The notes beneath the pieces were generated by a model. The model was not told the origin of the DNA. It was given only the letters and a program-made list of their open reading frames with translations, and did not search any database. This document shows, in pieces, positions 46,122-55,604 of a DNA stretch of 64,000 bases (positions are counted from its first letter, which is position 1; each line of letters opens with the position of its first letter). The position numbers were made by a program, and so were the translations under genes. This DNA comes from Alphaproteobacteria bacterium (GTDB lineage Bacteria > Pseudomonadota > Alphaproteobacteria > Bin95), in NCBI GenBank assembly GCA_041687435.1, contig JAWLBX010000015.1, positions 5,860 to 69,859 on the forward strand, written 5' to 3'.

Positions 46122-48746
46122 CTATTCCGCGGCCCTTGGCGGCGCCGCGTCGCCGATCATTTCAGCTTCGACACGGCCATTCTCGATGGTGAAGGTGCGA
46201 TGCATGGCCTGCGCCTGGCCCGGCTGGTCCAGGATCGCGACGATCCCTCTGGGGGCCTGCGCAGCGACAACGCTTTCGAACAGGGCCTCGCGCACCGACT
46301 CATCGAACACTGATAATGCCTGGTTGACCACCAAAAGGTCCGGCTGTTTCACCAGCGCCCGTGCGAATGCCAGCTTCTGCCGCTGCACCGCGGACAACCG
46401 CCCGCCGCCGACACCCACATGATAGTCCAACCCAACATTGAGGATGGCTTCGCGCAGGTCCAATTCGCTCAGCACCTCGCGGACAAGCGTGCGCACGCGC
46501 ACCACACCCTGCGGCTGCCCGAAAGCGACCTTGCCGAACAGGATATTGTCCTGAATGGAACTGGCGGAATTGTAGTGCTCCGGGTCAAAGAAGGCGACAC
46601 TGCCCTCCAATTCCGCCGGCAAATGCTCCGCAAACGACCGGCGCGCTTCCAGCAAACGGTCCCGCAAGGCATCGTCGATCAGGCCAAGACGATGGCGGGC
46701 GGGAATCAGGCGGAACGGAAGCGACAGCAGTCTGCGCCGGTCTTCGGCAGTCAACCCTTCCAGCCCCTGACCGCCGCGATCAATCCTGCCCAGAAGCGCC
46801 TGGAATTCCGGCAGGTCTTCGGCTGCGATGAAGCTGAACTGCTCCATCAGTTCTTGCCCCGGCTCGATATCGGCGAACAGTTCCACCATGGTTTCTGCCA
46901 CCTGACGGCCGATGCGGACAAAATCGTCGGTCAGTCCGACGCGGTCCAGCGTCTGCTGCACATAGTCATGCTCGCCCAGGTGTTCTAGGTCGAACGTGTC
47001 GCCAACCGGGGTGCCGAACAGCAAGTTCTCGGCTACGCTGGCGTTGTTGTTGTACAGGTTCAGATCGAATGGTTCGATCAGGCTGGTCGTACCAGCCTCC
47101 TCCACCCGCTCCCGCAGTGTCGCGCGCGCGACAAGCAATTGCTCCGTAAGGTCCGGGTGGGCGTCGGCATTGATTCGGCCACGCAGTCCGAATTCGTAGA
47201 TGTCGTCGGACAGCAAGGCATGGTCGATCGTCTCCAGCAGGCGATGCTGCAGGGATGCCGGGTCGGCATCCAGGCCCGCACCGTCATAATCGATCCAGTC
47301 GCCCTCCAGGTCATAGACACTGTTGCCTGCCGTTTCCGCCTCGGCAATCCAGGCGCGGCGGCTCTCATCGACATCAGCGGGCGGATGATTGCGCAGGGCC
47401 AGCATCACATTCTCGCGGATGGTGGCGGAAAACAGGTATGGCTGGGCTGCAACATAACCGATGCGCCGCCCAAGCCGTGCTTCCGGAATCGCCGCCAGAT
47501 CCTCGTCACCGTATTGCACCCGGCCCGAGGTCGGCACAGCCAGACGCACCAGCAATGGGCCGATCTCCTCCTTGCCGCCGCCACCGGGGCCGATGATGCC
47601 GATTCGCTCGTTCATGGCGAATGTGGCGGAGATATTGTGCAGATAAACAGTCCCATCGTCATCGGCCAGACTGACATTCCGGAAGGCGACCCGGGTATCG
47701 GGCGGAAACGGCGCCGGCGGCGTGTCGTCGGTCGCGTGGAGCTCCGGCGCCAGCATTCCGGGCGGGTCGAATTGTTGAATTACTGTTTCGTACTTGATCC
47801 TGGCGTCCTCCAACTGCTGATAATACGCCAACAGTTCCTTCCACGGCGCATTCATATCCTTGTGGGCGCTGATCACGGCAATCAGAGCGCCGACGCTCAG
47901 ATCGCCTTTGATCGCCAGATAACCACCCAGCGAATAGAACAAAAACGGCGTGAACTGTGCGAGAAAGTTATTGAAAAATTTTATGAAAAATTTGCGGCGA
48001 AAAATTTCGTACCGGATGTCGAAGATGATGCCCAGCCGGTGGGAGAACCGCGAAAGCTGATACTGGCTGCTGTCGTTGGTGTGAATTTCCGAAATACCGC
48101 TGATGCTCTCCCCCAGATGCTCAGACAGGATCCGCACATTCTGCACCCGGCGCTTTGCCAGCAGATTCACCTTTTTCTGCAAGCGCGGGATCACGACCGC
48201 CTGCAAGGGGAACAACGCGACCGCCGCAAGCCCCAGCAACGGATCCTGCATCAGGATGAACGCCAGCAGCGTGACCAGAATCCCGCCCTGATAAAGTGGC
48301 AGGGCGATCGCATCGCCGAAAAACCCGCCCAGCGGCTCCACTTCCTGCGTGACCATGGGGATCAATTCGCCCTGGCTGACGCGGCGGAAATGCGGCAGGG
48401 GAAAACGCAGAATGCGCTCATAGAGGATATAGCGCAGCCGGCGCAGCATCCGCTCGCCCAGCCGCCCCTTCATCACGTTCAGCATGTATTTGAACCCGCC
48501 ATTGATCAATACCAACGCCAGGAACACACCGCAGAGCGTGAACAGATACGGGACATGCTCCAATTCAAAGCCCAGAATCATAACGGGAAAATCGGCTGGA
48601 CGTCCTTGGATTGCGCCGTTGACGATCCGCTTCGGCAATTCTGCTTGCAAATAAATGAAAGGAAATGCAGCGAAAGTCAGCAAGACCAAAATAATCTGCT
48701 GGCGGGCGCTGAAAGCAAAAATGTAGCCAAACAGGGTTTGTTTCAT
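46122..48746 (-). CDS. ABC exporter-type fused permease/ATPase-like protein with degenerate, internally repeated nucleotide-binding domain
   Basis: 874 aa. The N-terminal ~330 aa are a 6-TM exporter domain. The NBD has a Walker A-like 'GPGGGGKEE' (no Ser/Thr), a Q-loop 'AAQ', then ~300 aa containing three partial repeats of the Q-loop-to-signature segment. The signature is 'LSAVQRQK' and the Walker B reads 'LLVVNQAL' (N-Q instead of D-E). Confidence 0.75.
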   Translation of the reverse strand: MKQTLFGYIFAFSARQQIILVLLTFAAFPFIYLQAELPKRIVNGAIQGRPADFPVMILGFELEHVPYLFTLCGVFLALVLINGGFKYMLNVMKGRLGERMLRRLRYILYERILRFPLPHFRRVSQGELIPMVTQEVEPLGGFFGDAIALPLYQGGILVTLLAFILMQDPLLGLAAVALFPLQAVVIPRLQKKVNLLAKRRVQNVRILSEHLGESISGISEIHTNDSSQYQLSRFSHRLGIIFDIRYEIFRRKFFIKFFNNFLAQFTPFLFYSLGGYLAIKGDLSVGALIAVISAHKDMNAPWKELLAYYQQLEDARIKYETVIQQFDPPGMLAPELHATDDTPPAPFPPDTRVAFRNVSLADDDGTVYLHNISATFAMNERIGIIGPGGGGKEEIGPLLVRLAVPTSGRVQYGDEDLAAIPEARLGRRIGYVAAQPYLFSATIRENVMLALRNHPPADVDESRRAWIAEAETAGNSVYDLEGDWIDYDGAGLDADPASLQHRLLETIDHALLSDDIYEFGLRGRINADAHPDLTEQLLVARATLRERVEEAGTTSLIEPFDLNLYNNNASVAENLLFGTPVGDTFDLEHLGEHDYVQQTLDRVGLTDDFVRIGRQVAETMVELFADIEPGQELMEQFSFIAAEDLPEFQALLGRIDRGGQGLEGLTAEDRRRLLSLPFRLIPARHRLGLIDDALRDRLLEARRSFAEHLPAELEGSVAFFDPEHYNSASSIQDNILFGKVAFGQPQGVVRVRTLVREVLSELDLREAILNVGLDYHVGVGGGRLSAVQRQKLAFARALVKQPDLLVVNQALSVFDESVREALFESVVAAQAPRGIVAILDQPGQAQAMHRTFTIENGRVEAEMIGDAAPPRAAE

Positions 48747-48941
48747 TGTTTTCCCTTGGCGCTGAGGCCAGGCCAGAGCCGGAACAACAGGCTACCGGAA
48801 AAGCCAACGGCAAACAATCAGTTGGCGGATAACTGCCTTTGAGCGTATATGAAAGGCAGGATAACAGTGCCAGCCATTGGCGGAAACGTTTGCGATCAAA
48901 CACCAATGGAACCTCCGCCCGGCGGGAGCAAGGAGCAGCGT

Positions 48942-50177
48942 ATGCAGGACGCGCTGGCAAATGATGGAGGCAGCAAAAGGCTGCTGATATACAGTCATGA
49001 CAGTTTTGGACTTGGCCATTTGCGGCGGTGCCGGGAAATCGCCAACGCACTGGTGGATGCTTACGACAATCTATCGGTTCTGATTCTGTCCGGATCGCCG
49101 ATCATCGGCAGCTTTGACTTCCGCCCGCGTGTCGATTTTGTGCGTATTCCCGGCATGATCAAGCTGTCCAATGGCGAATACACCTCGCACGCGCTGGATA
49201 TCGCGCCGGAAAAAACTTTGGAGCTGCGCGCCGCGGTGATCAGCGAGACTGCACGGATCTTCGATCCCGACCTGTTCCTGGTCGACAAGGAGCCGCTGGG
49301 CCTGCGGGGTGAGGTGCGGGCAACCCTGGAATTGCTACGCCTGCGCGGCACTCGAATCGTGCTGGGACTGCGCGATGTGATGGACGATCCGGACGCGCTG
49401 CAACCGGAATGGAAGCGCAAGCGCGCCCAGCCGGCCCTGCGCGATCTGTATGACGACATTTGGGTCTACGGCCTGCCGCAGATCTGCGACCCGCTGGAGG
49501 GGATCGACCTGCCGGATTCCGTGCGGCGCAAGATGGTCTACACCGGCTATTTGCGCCGGCGGGTTAGCACCTCTCCCGATGCTGCGGCAGGGCTGGTCGG
49601 TACCGAGCCCTATATTCTGGTCACCCCAGGCGGCGGCGGCGATGGCGATGCCCTGGTCGATTGGGTAATCCGCGCTTACGAGACCGACCCCGCCCAGCCT
49701 TACCGCGCGCTGATCGTGTTCGGCCCATTCATGCAGGGCGAGCAGCAACAGGCGTTCCGCCAGCGGATCGAGGGTCTGCCGAATGTCGAAGCGATCACCT
49801 TTTACAATCAGATGGAAACACTGATTGCCGGGGCTACCGGCGTCATTGCCATGGGCGGTTACAATACGTTCTGCGAAATCCTGTCCTTTGACAAACCGGC
49901 CATCATCGTCCCGCGCACCCGGCCACGGATGGAGCAATCGATCCGCGCCGCCAGGGCTCAGGAACTGGGGCTTGTGCGGATGCTCGACCCGGATGACGGC
50001 CGCCCGGCCCGTGTCATGGCCACGGCCATCCGGCAGTTGCCGCAGCAGGGGCGCCCGTCGGACGTCGTGGTGCCGGGGCTGCTCGACGGCCTCGACAATG
50101 TCAAACGCCTCGTAGGCCGGGCCTTGGAGCAGGGCCGGATCCAGCCCTTGCGCTTTGCCGAGGCGGGCGGTGACTGA
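48942..50177 (+). CDS. glycosyltransferase, GT-B fold (GT1/GT28-like)
   Basis: 411 aa from the internal ATG (AGGAG RBS). N-terminal 'LIYSHDSFGLGHLRR' resembles the GxGH nucleotide-sugar motif of MurG/GT1 enzymes. Paralogous to 53171..54331. Confidence 0.65.
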   Translation: MQDALANDGGSKRLLIYSHDSFGLGHLRRCREIANALVDAYDNLSVLILSGSPIIGSFDFRPRVDFVRIPGMIKLSNGEYTSHALDIAPEKTLELRAAVISETARIFDPDLFLVDKEPLGLRGEVRATLELLRLRGTRIVLGLRDVMDDPDALQPEWKRKRAQPALRDLYDDIWVYGLPQICDPLEGIDLPDSVRRKMVYTGYLRRRVSTSPDAAAGLVGTEPYILVTPGGGGDGDALVDWVIRAYETDPAQPYRALIVFGPFMQGEQQQAFRQRIEGLPNVEAITFYNQMETLIAGATGVIAMGGYNTFCEILSFDKPAIIVPRTRPRMEQSIRAARAQELGLVRMLDPDDGRPARVMATAIRQLPQQGRPSDVVVPGLLDGLDNVKRLVGRALEQGRIQPLRFAEAGGD

Positions 50178-51450
50178 ACCGGCAACGGGCAGCAAACCCG
50201 GCGGCGTCGCCGTCGTCCTCAAAGGCTATCCGCGCCTTTCCGAAACCTTCATCGCGCAGGAGATCCTGGCACTGGAGCAGCGTGGACTGCGCCAGCACAT
50301 CATCTCGCTGCGCCATCCGACGGATCAGAAACATCACCCGATGCACGCGGCGATCCGCGCGCCGGTGCTCTATCTGCCCGAATACCTCTACAAGGAACCG
50401 CTGCGGGTGATGCACGCTTGGTGGCAGGTGCGGCGCCGGCCCGCCTTTCGGGCCGTGCGCAGGCAGTGGCTACACGATCTCTGGCGCGACCGCACGCCGA
50501 ATCGCGGCCGCCGCTTCGGCCAAGCGCTGGTGCTGGCGGCGGAACTGCCTGCGGACATTGGCCATTTGCATGCCCATTTCCTGCACACACCCGCCTCGGT
50601 CACCCGCTACGCCGCGGCGCTGTGCGGCCTGCCGTGGAGCGTCTCCGCCCACGCCAAGGACATCTGGACCTCGCCCGAATGGGAAAAACGCGAGAAGCTG
50701 GCGGATTGCGCCTGGGCCGTTACCTGCACCGCTTTCGGCGCGGCGCACCTGCAAGCCCTGGCGTCGGAGCCTGAGCGGGTAGAACTGCTGTATCATGGCC
50801 TCGACCTCGGCCGGTTTCCGCCGCCGCTGGCCGAACGGGGCGCGCGCGACGGCGGCGATGCCGGCGCGCCGGTCCGCATCCTGTCGGTCGGGCGCGCGGT
50901 GCCGAAAAAGGGGTATGATGACCTGCTGAACGCGCTGGCCCAGCTGCCGCCCGGCCTGGCCTGGCATTTCACCCATATCGGCGGCGGCAAGCTGGCCGCC
51001 CGCCTGAAACAACAGGCAGAGCGGCTTGGCATTGCGGACCGCATCACCTGGCAGGGCTCGCAGGCGCAGGAGGCTGTGGTCGCCGCCTACCGCGAGGCTG
51101 ACCTGTTCGTGCTGGCCAGCAAAGTCGCCAGCGATGGCGACCGCGACGGCCTGCCAAACGTGCTGATGGAGGCGCAAAGCCAAGGCCTCGCCTGCCTCGC
51201 CACCACGGCGGCCGGCATTCCCGAACTGATTCGCGACGATGAGACCGGGCGCCTCACGCCGCCGGGCGACCCCGCTGCCTTGGCCGACGCCCTGGCAGAC
51301 CTGATCCGCGCACCGCAGGAACGGGCTCGCCTTGGCACTGCAGGAGCGCAGGCGCTGAGCCGCCGTTTCTCGTTCGGGAACGGCATTGACCGGCTGGCCC
51401 GGCGCTTCGGTCTGACGGCTGGCGCACCGGCCGTCCGTGCCGCGGAATAG
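50155..51450 (+). CDS. glycosyltransferase family 4 (GT4, RfaB-like)
   Basis: C-terminal GT4 motifs ('ILSVGRAVPKKGYDDLL', 'EADLFVLAS…DGLPNVLMEAQSQGLACLAT', the E-x7-E region). Confidence 0.8.
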   Translation: MPRRAVTEPATGSKPGGVAVVLKGYPRLSETFIAQEILALEQRGLRQHIISLRHPTDQKHHPMHAAIRAPVLYLPEYLYKEPLRVMHAWWQVRRRPAFRAVRRQWLHDLWRDRTPNRGRRFGQALVLAAELPADIGHLHAHFLHTPASVTRYAAALCGLPWSVSAHAKDIWTSPEWEKREKLADCAWAVTCTAFGAAHLQALASEPERVELLYHGLDLGRFPPPLAERGARDGGDAGAPVRILSVGRAVPKKGYDDLLNALAQLPPGLAWHFTHIGGGKLAARLKQQAERLGIADRITWQGSQAQEAVVAAYREADLFVLASKVASDGDRDGLPNVLMEAQSQGLACLATTAAGIPELIRDDETGRLTPPGDPAALADALADLIRAPQERARLGTAGAQALSRRFSFGNGIDRLARRFGLTAGAPAVRAAE

Positions 51451-51465
51451 AGGCAGCAGTCCCGC

Positions 51466-52596
51466 ATGCGGATCGCCTTTTATGCTCCGCTGAAAGCGCC
51501 GGATCATCCAACCCCTTCCGGCGACCGCCGCATCGCGCGCCTGTTGCTCGACGCATTGCAGCGCGGCGGACACGAGGTGCATCTGGCAGCGCGCTTGCGC
51601 TCCCGCGACCCGGCGGGCGACCGACTGCGGCAGGCGCGCCTCGCCGATCTGGGGCAGCGGCTCGCGGCCCGCCTGCTGCGGCGCTATGCGGAGGCCAACA
51701 GGCCGCCGGATGTATGGATTACCTATCACCTTTACTACAAGGCTCCCGATTGGATCGGCCCGCATGTCGCCGCCGCCTTGGCCATCCCCTACATCGCCAT
51801 AGAGGCCAGCCACGCACCGAAACGTGCTGGCAGCCCCTGGCATCTGGGCCACCGGGCCGTCGAACATGCGGTGCGCCAGGCTGCCCGTGTTGTTTGCCTG
51901 AATCCGAATGACTACGCCTGCCTGGAGCCGCTCGCCGCGGGGCGGATTGCCATGCTGGCCCCGTTCCTCGACCCCACGCCCTATGCGCCACCTGCCGCCG
52001 ACACCCGCACGGCTCTGGCCGCGCGCTATGGCCTGCCCATGGCAGAGCCCTGGCTGCTGGCTGTCGGCATGATGCGGACCGGCGACAAACTCGCCTCCTA
52101 CCGGCAACTGGCGGAGGCGTTGCAGGGCTTGCAAGGGCGCCCCTGGCGCCTGATCGTCGTCGGCGACGGCCCGGCGGCGGCGGAGGTTCGAGCGGCCTTC
52201 GCCCCCTTCGCCGGCCGCATCGCCTGGCTTGGCACCCTGGACGAGGCCGCCCTCGCCTGCGCCTATCAAGCCGCCGACATGCTGGTCTGGCCAGCGGTGC
52301 GCGAGGCATTCGGCATGGCGCTGTTGGAGGCCCAGGCCGCTGGCCTGCCTGTCGTTGCCGGCAACACGGATGGCGTGCCCGCCGTGGTTGCGGATGGTGA
52401 GACCGGACTGCTGCCTGCGCCGGGCGACACACGCGCCTTTGCCGCTGCCGTCAACACCCTGCTGGACGATCCCGCCCGGCGTGAGGCGATGGGGCAGGCT
52501 GCGCGGGCGCGTGTTTTGCGGCATCATTCGCTCGACGCCGCAGCAAAACAGCTCGACCGTATTCTGTTGGAGGCCACATGCCGCTCCTCAGCCTGA
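51466..52596 (+). CDS. glycosyltransferase family 4 (GT4)
   Basis: GT4 C-terminal domain ('LLAVGMMRTGDKLASY', 'AADMLVWPAVREAFGMALLEAQAAGLPVVAG'). Confidence 0.8.
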   Translation: MRIAFYAPLKAPDHPTPSGDRRIARLLLDALQRGGHEVHLAARLRSRDPAGDRLRQARLADLGQRLAARLLRRYAEANRPPDVWITYHLYYKAPDWIGPHVAAALAIPYIAIEASHAPKRAGSPWHLGHRAVEHAVRQAARVVCLNPNDYACLEPLAAGRIAMLAPFLDPTPYAPPAADTRTALAARYGLPMAEPWLLAVGMMRTGDKLASYRQLAEALQGLQGRPWRLIVVGDGPAAAEVRAAFAPFAGRIAWLGTLDEAALACAYQAADMLVWPAVREAFGMALLEAQAAGLPVVAGNTDGVPAVVADGETGLLPAPGDTRAFAAAVNTLLDDPARREAMGQAARARVLRHHSLDAAAKQLDRILLEATCRSSA

Positions 52597-53174
52597 TCCG
52601 GCACGCACCGACCACCTGGAACGAGGCCGGCCTGATCCAAGGCCAGACCGATACGCCACTCAGCGAGACCGGCCGTGCCGCCCTGCTCACCTGGGAACCG
52701 CCGCCGCCCTTGCTCGCCGCGGAGTGGTGGACCAGCCCGTTGCAACGCTGCTGCGACACCGCACGGCATCTGGCAGGCCGTAACGTGCCCGTAGATGAGC
52801 GGCTACAGGAAACCCATTGGGGCGAATGGCAGGGCAAGCGCCTGGCCGACTTGCGCGAGAACCTGGGCGAGGCCATGACCGAGATGGAGGGCCGCGGCTG
52901 GGATTTTTGCCCGCCCGGCGGCGAAAGCCCCCGCGACGTCTCCATCCGGTTTCAGGCATTCATCCGCGATGTAGCGGCGCGCGACCGGCAAACGGTCGCG
53001 GTCACGCACCGCGGCGTGATCCGGGTTGCCATGGCGCTGGCCACCGGCTGGGATTTCCTTGGCAAGACACCGGTAAAACTGCAACGTCCCGCTGCCCATA
53101 TTTTCTGGGTGACGCCAGAGGGCATGCTGGAACTGCGCACCGCCAATGCGCCGCTGGGCGAAGTGGCGATATGA
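52578..53174 (+). CDS. histidine phosphatase family protein (phosphoglycerate mutase-like)
   Basis: N-terminal 'LIRHAPTTWN' RHG-type catalytic motif. 198 aa. Confidence 0.7.
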   Translation: MPLLSLIRHAPTTWNEAGLIQGQTDTPLSETGRAALLTWEPPPPLLAAEWWTSPLQRCCDTARHLAGRNVPVDERLQETHWGEWQGKRLADLRENLGEAMTEMEGRGWDFCPPGGESPRDVSIRFQAFIRDVAARDRQTVAVTHRGVIRVAMALATGWDFLGKTPVKLQRPAAHIFWVTPEGMLELRTANAPLGEVAI

Positions 53175-54331
53175 GCGGCAGGGCCGGCCCCGCCAGAATT
53201 CTGTTCTGGGTCCAGCATCTGCTGGGCATCGGCCACCTGAAGCGGACCTCCACCCTGGCCCGCGCCCTGGCCGATGCGGGATTTAACGTGACGGTGGTTT
53301 CCGGCGGTTTTCCCGTGCCAGGGCTGCGTCTGGGCCGCGCCAGCTTCGTGCAACTGCCGCCGGTACGTGCGGTCGACCTCTACTTCAAGGATTTGCGGAC
53401 CGAGGGCGGCAGACCGATAGACGATGCCTGGCGCGAAACCCGGCGCGCTGCGCTGATGGCTGCCGCCGACGCCATCCAACCCGATATCGTGCTGACCGAG
53501 TTGTTCCCCTTCGGCCGCCGGCAAATGGCCTTTGAACTGGAGCCCTTTCTGACTGAAATGCGCGCCCGCGGCGCCTATATCGCCTGTTCTGTCCGCGACA
53601 TACTGGTGGCGCCGCCAAAGCCCGAGCGGCTGCTGGAGATGCTGGAGCGCACCGAACGCCTGTTCGACCGGGTGTTGGTACATGGCGACCCCAACCTGGT
53701 ACCATTCGAGGAAACCTTTCCGCATAGGGAACGGCTCGGCGACCGCCTCGCCTATACCGGCTATGTGGTCGAGGAGCCGATCAAGGTCGCAGGCCGGGAT
53801 GGCGCGGGCGAAGTGATTGTTTCCGCCGGCGGCGGCGCGGTCAGCGAGCCGCTGCTGCGGGCTGCGCTCGCCGCGAAACCGCTCAGCCAGGCCCGCAGCC
53901 TGCCCTGGCGGCTGCTCTGCGGCGCCGGCATCGGCGAGGCCGCGATGCTGGACCTTCAGCATCTGGCCGACCCGGCCACGGTGGTTGAACCGGCCCGGCC
54001 GGATTTCCCCGGCCTGTTGGCCCGCGGCCGCCTGTCGGTCAGCCAAGCCGGCTACAACACCATTATGGATGTACTGGCCGCCGGCATTCCTGGCGTCGTC
54101 GTGCCCTATGCAGGAGGCCTTGAGAGCGAGCAGACCCTGCGTGCCCGCCGCCTGGCGGAGCGCGGTGTGCTGCATGTGGTCGACGAGGCCAGCCTGTCGC
54201 CCGAAACCCTGGCTGCGGCTATCGACCGGGCGCTGACGGTGCCGAGGCGCGCGCTCGGCAACCTCGCCACAGAAGGCGCGTCCGAAACCATACGCCTGTT
54301 GCGGACTGCGCTGGACAACTGCCGCACATGA
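53171..54331 (+). CDS. glycosyltransferase, GT-B fold (GT1/GT28-like), paralog of 48942..50177
   Basis: 386 aa from the internal ATG overlapping the previous stop (ATGA). 'ILFWVQHLLGIGHLKR' and the C-terminal 'GGYNT…' block parallel the first paralog. Confidence 0.65.
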   Translation: MSGRAGPARILFWVQHLLGIGHLKRTSTLARALADAGFNVTVVSGGFPVPGLRLGRASFVQLPPVRAVDLYFKDLRTEGGRPIDDAWRETRRAALMAAADAIQPDIVLTELFPFGRRQMAFELEPFLTEMRARGAYIACSVRDILVAPPKPERLLEMLERTERLFDRVLVHGDPNLVPFEETFPHRERLGDRLAYTGYVVEEPIKVAGRDGAGEVIVSAGGGAVSEPLLRAALAAKPLSQARSLPWRLLCGAGIGEAAMLDLQHLADPATVVEPARPDFPGLLARGRLSVSQAGYNTIMDVLAAGIPGVVVPYAGGLESEQTLRARRLAERGVLHVVDEASLSPETLAAAIDRALTVPRRALGNLATEGASETIRLLRTALDNCRT

Positions 54332-55095
54332 CGGTGTTCGAACCCCTGCTCGCCGAATTGGATGCCTGGGCCGCCGAAGGCAGGATGCTGAAATTCTGGT
54401 GGCGCGACGATGACGCAACCGAAACCTCGAACGCGCTGACGGCCATGCTGGCTGTCGCCCGGGCCGCGAACATCCCGTTGGCGCTGGCCGTCATCCCGAT
54501 GACCGCAACGGAAGGATTGGCAGCCGCCATCGCTCGCACTGAAGGCATCGCCATCTGGCAGCACGGCATCCGCCATGCCAACCGTGCCGAGCCACCGACC
54601 AAGAAGCAGGAACTCATCGCCGCCGATAGAGCGGTGCTGGACGGCCTGCGACAAGGTCAAGCAAGGCTGGCGCAACTGTTCGGGCAGCGGGCGCAAGCGG
54701 TGCTGGTGCCACCCTGGAACCGGATCGGTGCGGGCCTGCTGCCGCACCTGCCAAGGCTGGGCTTCCAAGGGCTATCCACCTTCAAGCCACGGGGCTCGCC
54801 AAGGCCAACGCCCGGTCTGGTGCAGATCAACACTCACGCCGACCTACTCGACTGGCGGGCGGGCGCGGCCTTTCGTGGCGCCGGCGCCTGCATCGGTGAT
54901 CTCGTCTCGCACGCGCAGGCAAAACGGCGGCGGTTTGATGATCCGCTGGAGCCGACAGGAATCCTGACCCACCATCTTGTCATGCAGGCAGATGCCTGGG
55001 ACTTTCTAACCGGCCTGTTCGCGGCTACAAAAGCGCATCCGGCATGCACCTGGATCTTGCCTGCTTTTTCCGTCTCAGAACCGGAGTTTGAATGA
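54328..55095 (+). CDS. polysaccharide deacetylase-like protein (CE4/DUF2334-like), tentative
   Basis: 255 aa; 'FWWRDDDA' is reminiscent of the NodB-type TFDDG motif. Translationally coupled to its neighbours. Confidence 0.45.
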   Translation: MTVFEPLLAELDAWAAEGRMLKFWWRDDDATETSNALTAMLAVARAANIPLALAVIPMTATEGLAAAIARTEGIAIWQHGIRHANRAEPPTKKQELIAADRAVLDGLRQGQARLAQLFGQRAQAVLVPPWNRIGAGLLPHLPRLGFQGLSTFKPRGSPRPTPGLVQINTHADLLDWRAGAAFRGAGACIGDLVSHAQAKRRRFDDPLEPTGILTHHLVMQADAWDFLTGLFAATKAHPACTWILPAFSVSEPEFE

Positions 55096-55604
55096 CCAAC
55101 GCAGAGGCGCGCTTTCATTATCCGCTAAAGAACCTGGTGCCAGACTATTTGCGCGCGGGCGCTGGCTTTGGCCTGACCATGGTGCCGATGCCGCATGCCA
55201 TCGGTGGCAGCCCGGTTGTTTTGGTCATCGTTCTGGGCCTCGCCGGGTTGTTCGGATCGTTCGGGCTGACGACCCTGGTGCGCCAGAAAAGCACCATCTG
55301 CGCCTCGGATGAAGGGCTGTGGATCGAGGGCCTGCGCCCCCGTGCCATGCGATGGGAGGAGGTCCGCGAAATCGACCTGCGCTATTTTTCAACCCGAAAA
55401 GACAGGGAGCAGGGCTGGTTTCAACTGAAAGTCATCGGCCCTAACGGTACGATCAAGGTGGATTCGAACCTGAACGATTTCGATGGGCTGCTGCACCGGA
55501 TCGTGACCGCGATCACTCGACACGACCTGTCGGTTACGCCTATTGGTCGGGAAAACCTGACATCGATGGGCCAAACCTTGCCCTACCGGGAGGACGATGC
55601 GTGA
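55092..55604 (+). CDS. hypothetical membrane-associated protein
   Basis: 170 aa with two hydrophobic helices near the N-terminus. 4-nt overlaps with both neighbouring genes. Confidence 0.4.
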   Translation: MTNAEARFHYPLKNLVPDYLRAGAGFGLTMVPMPHAIGGSPVVLVIVLGLAGLFGSFGLTTLVRQKSTICASDEGLWIEGLRPRAMRWEEVREIDLRYFSTRKDREQGWFQLKVIGPNGTIKVDSNLNDFDGLLHRIVTAITRHDLSVTPIGRENLTSMGQTLPYREDDA

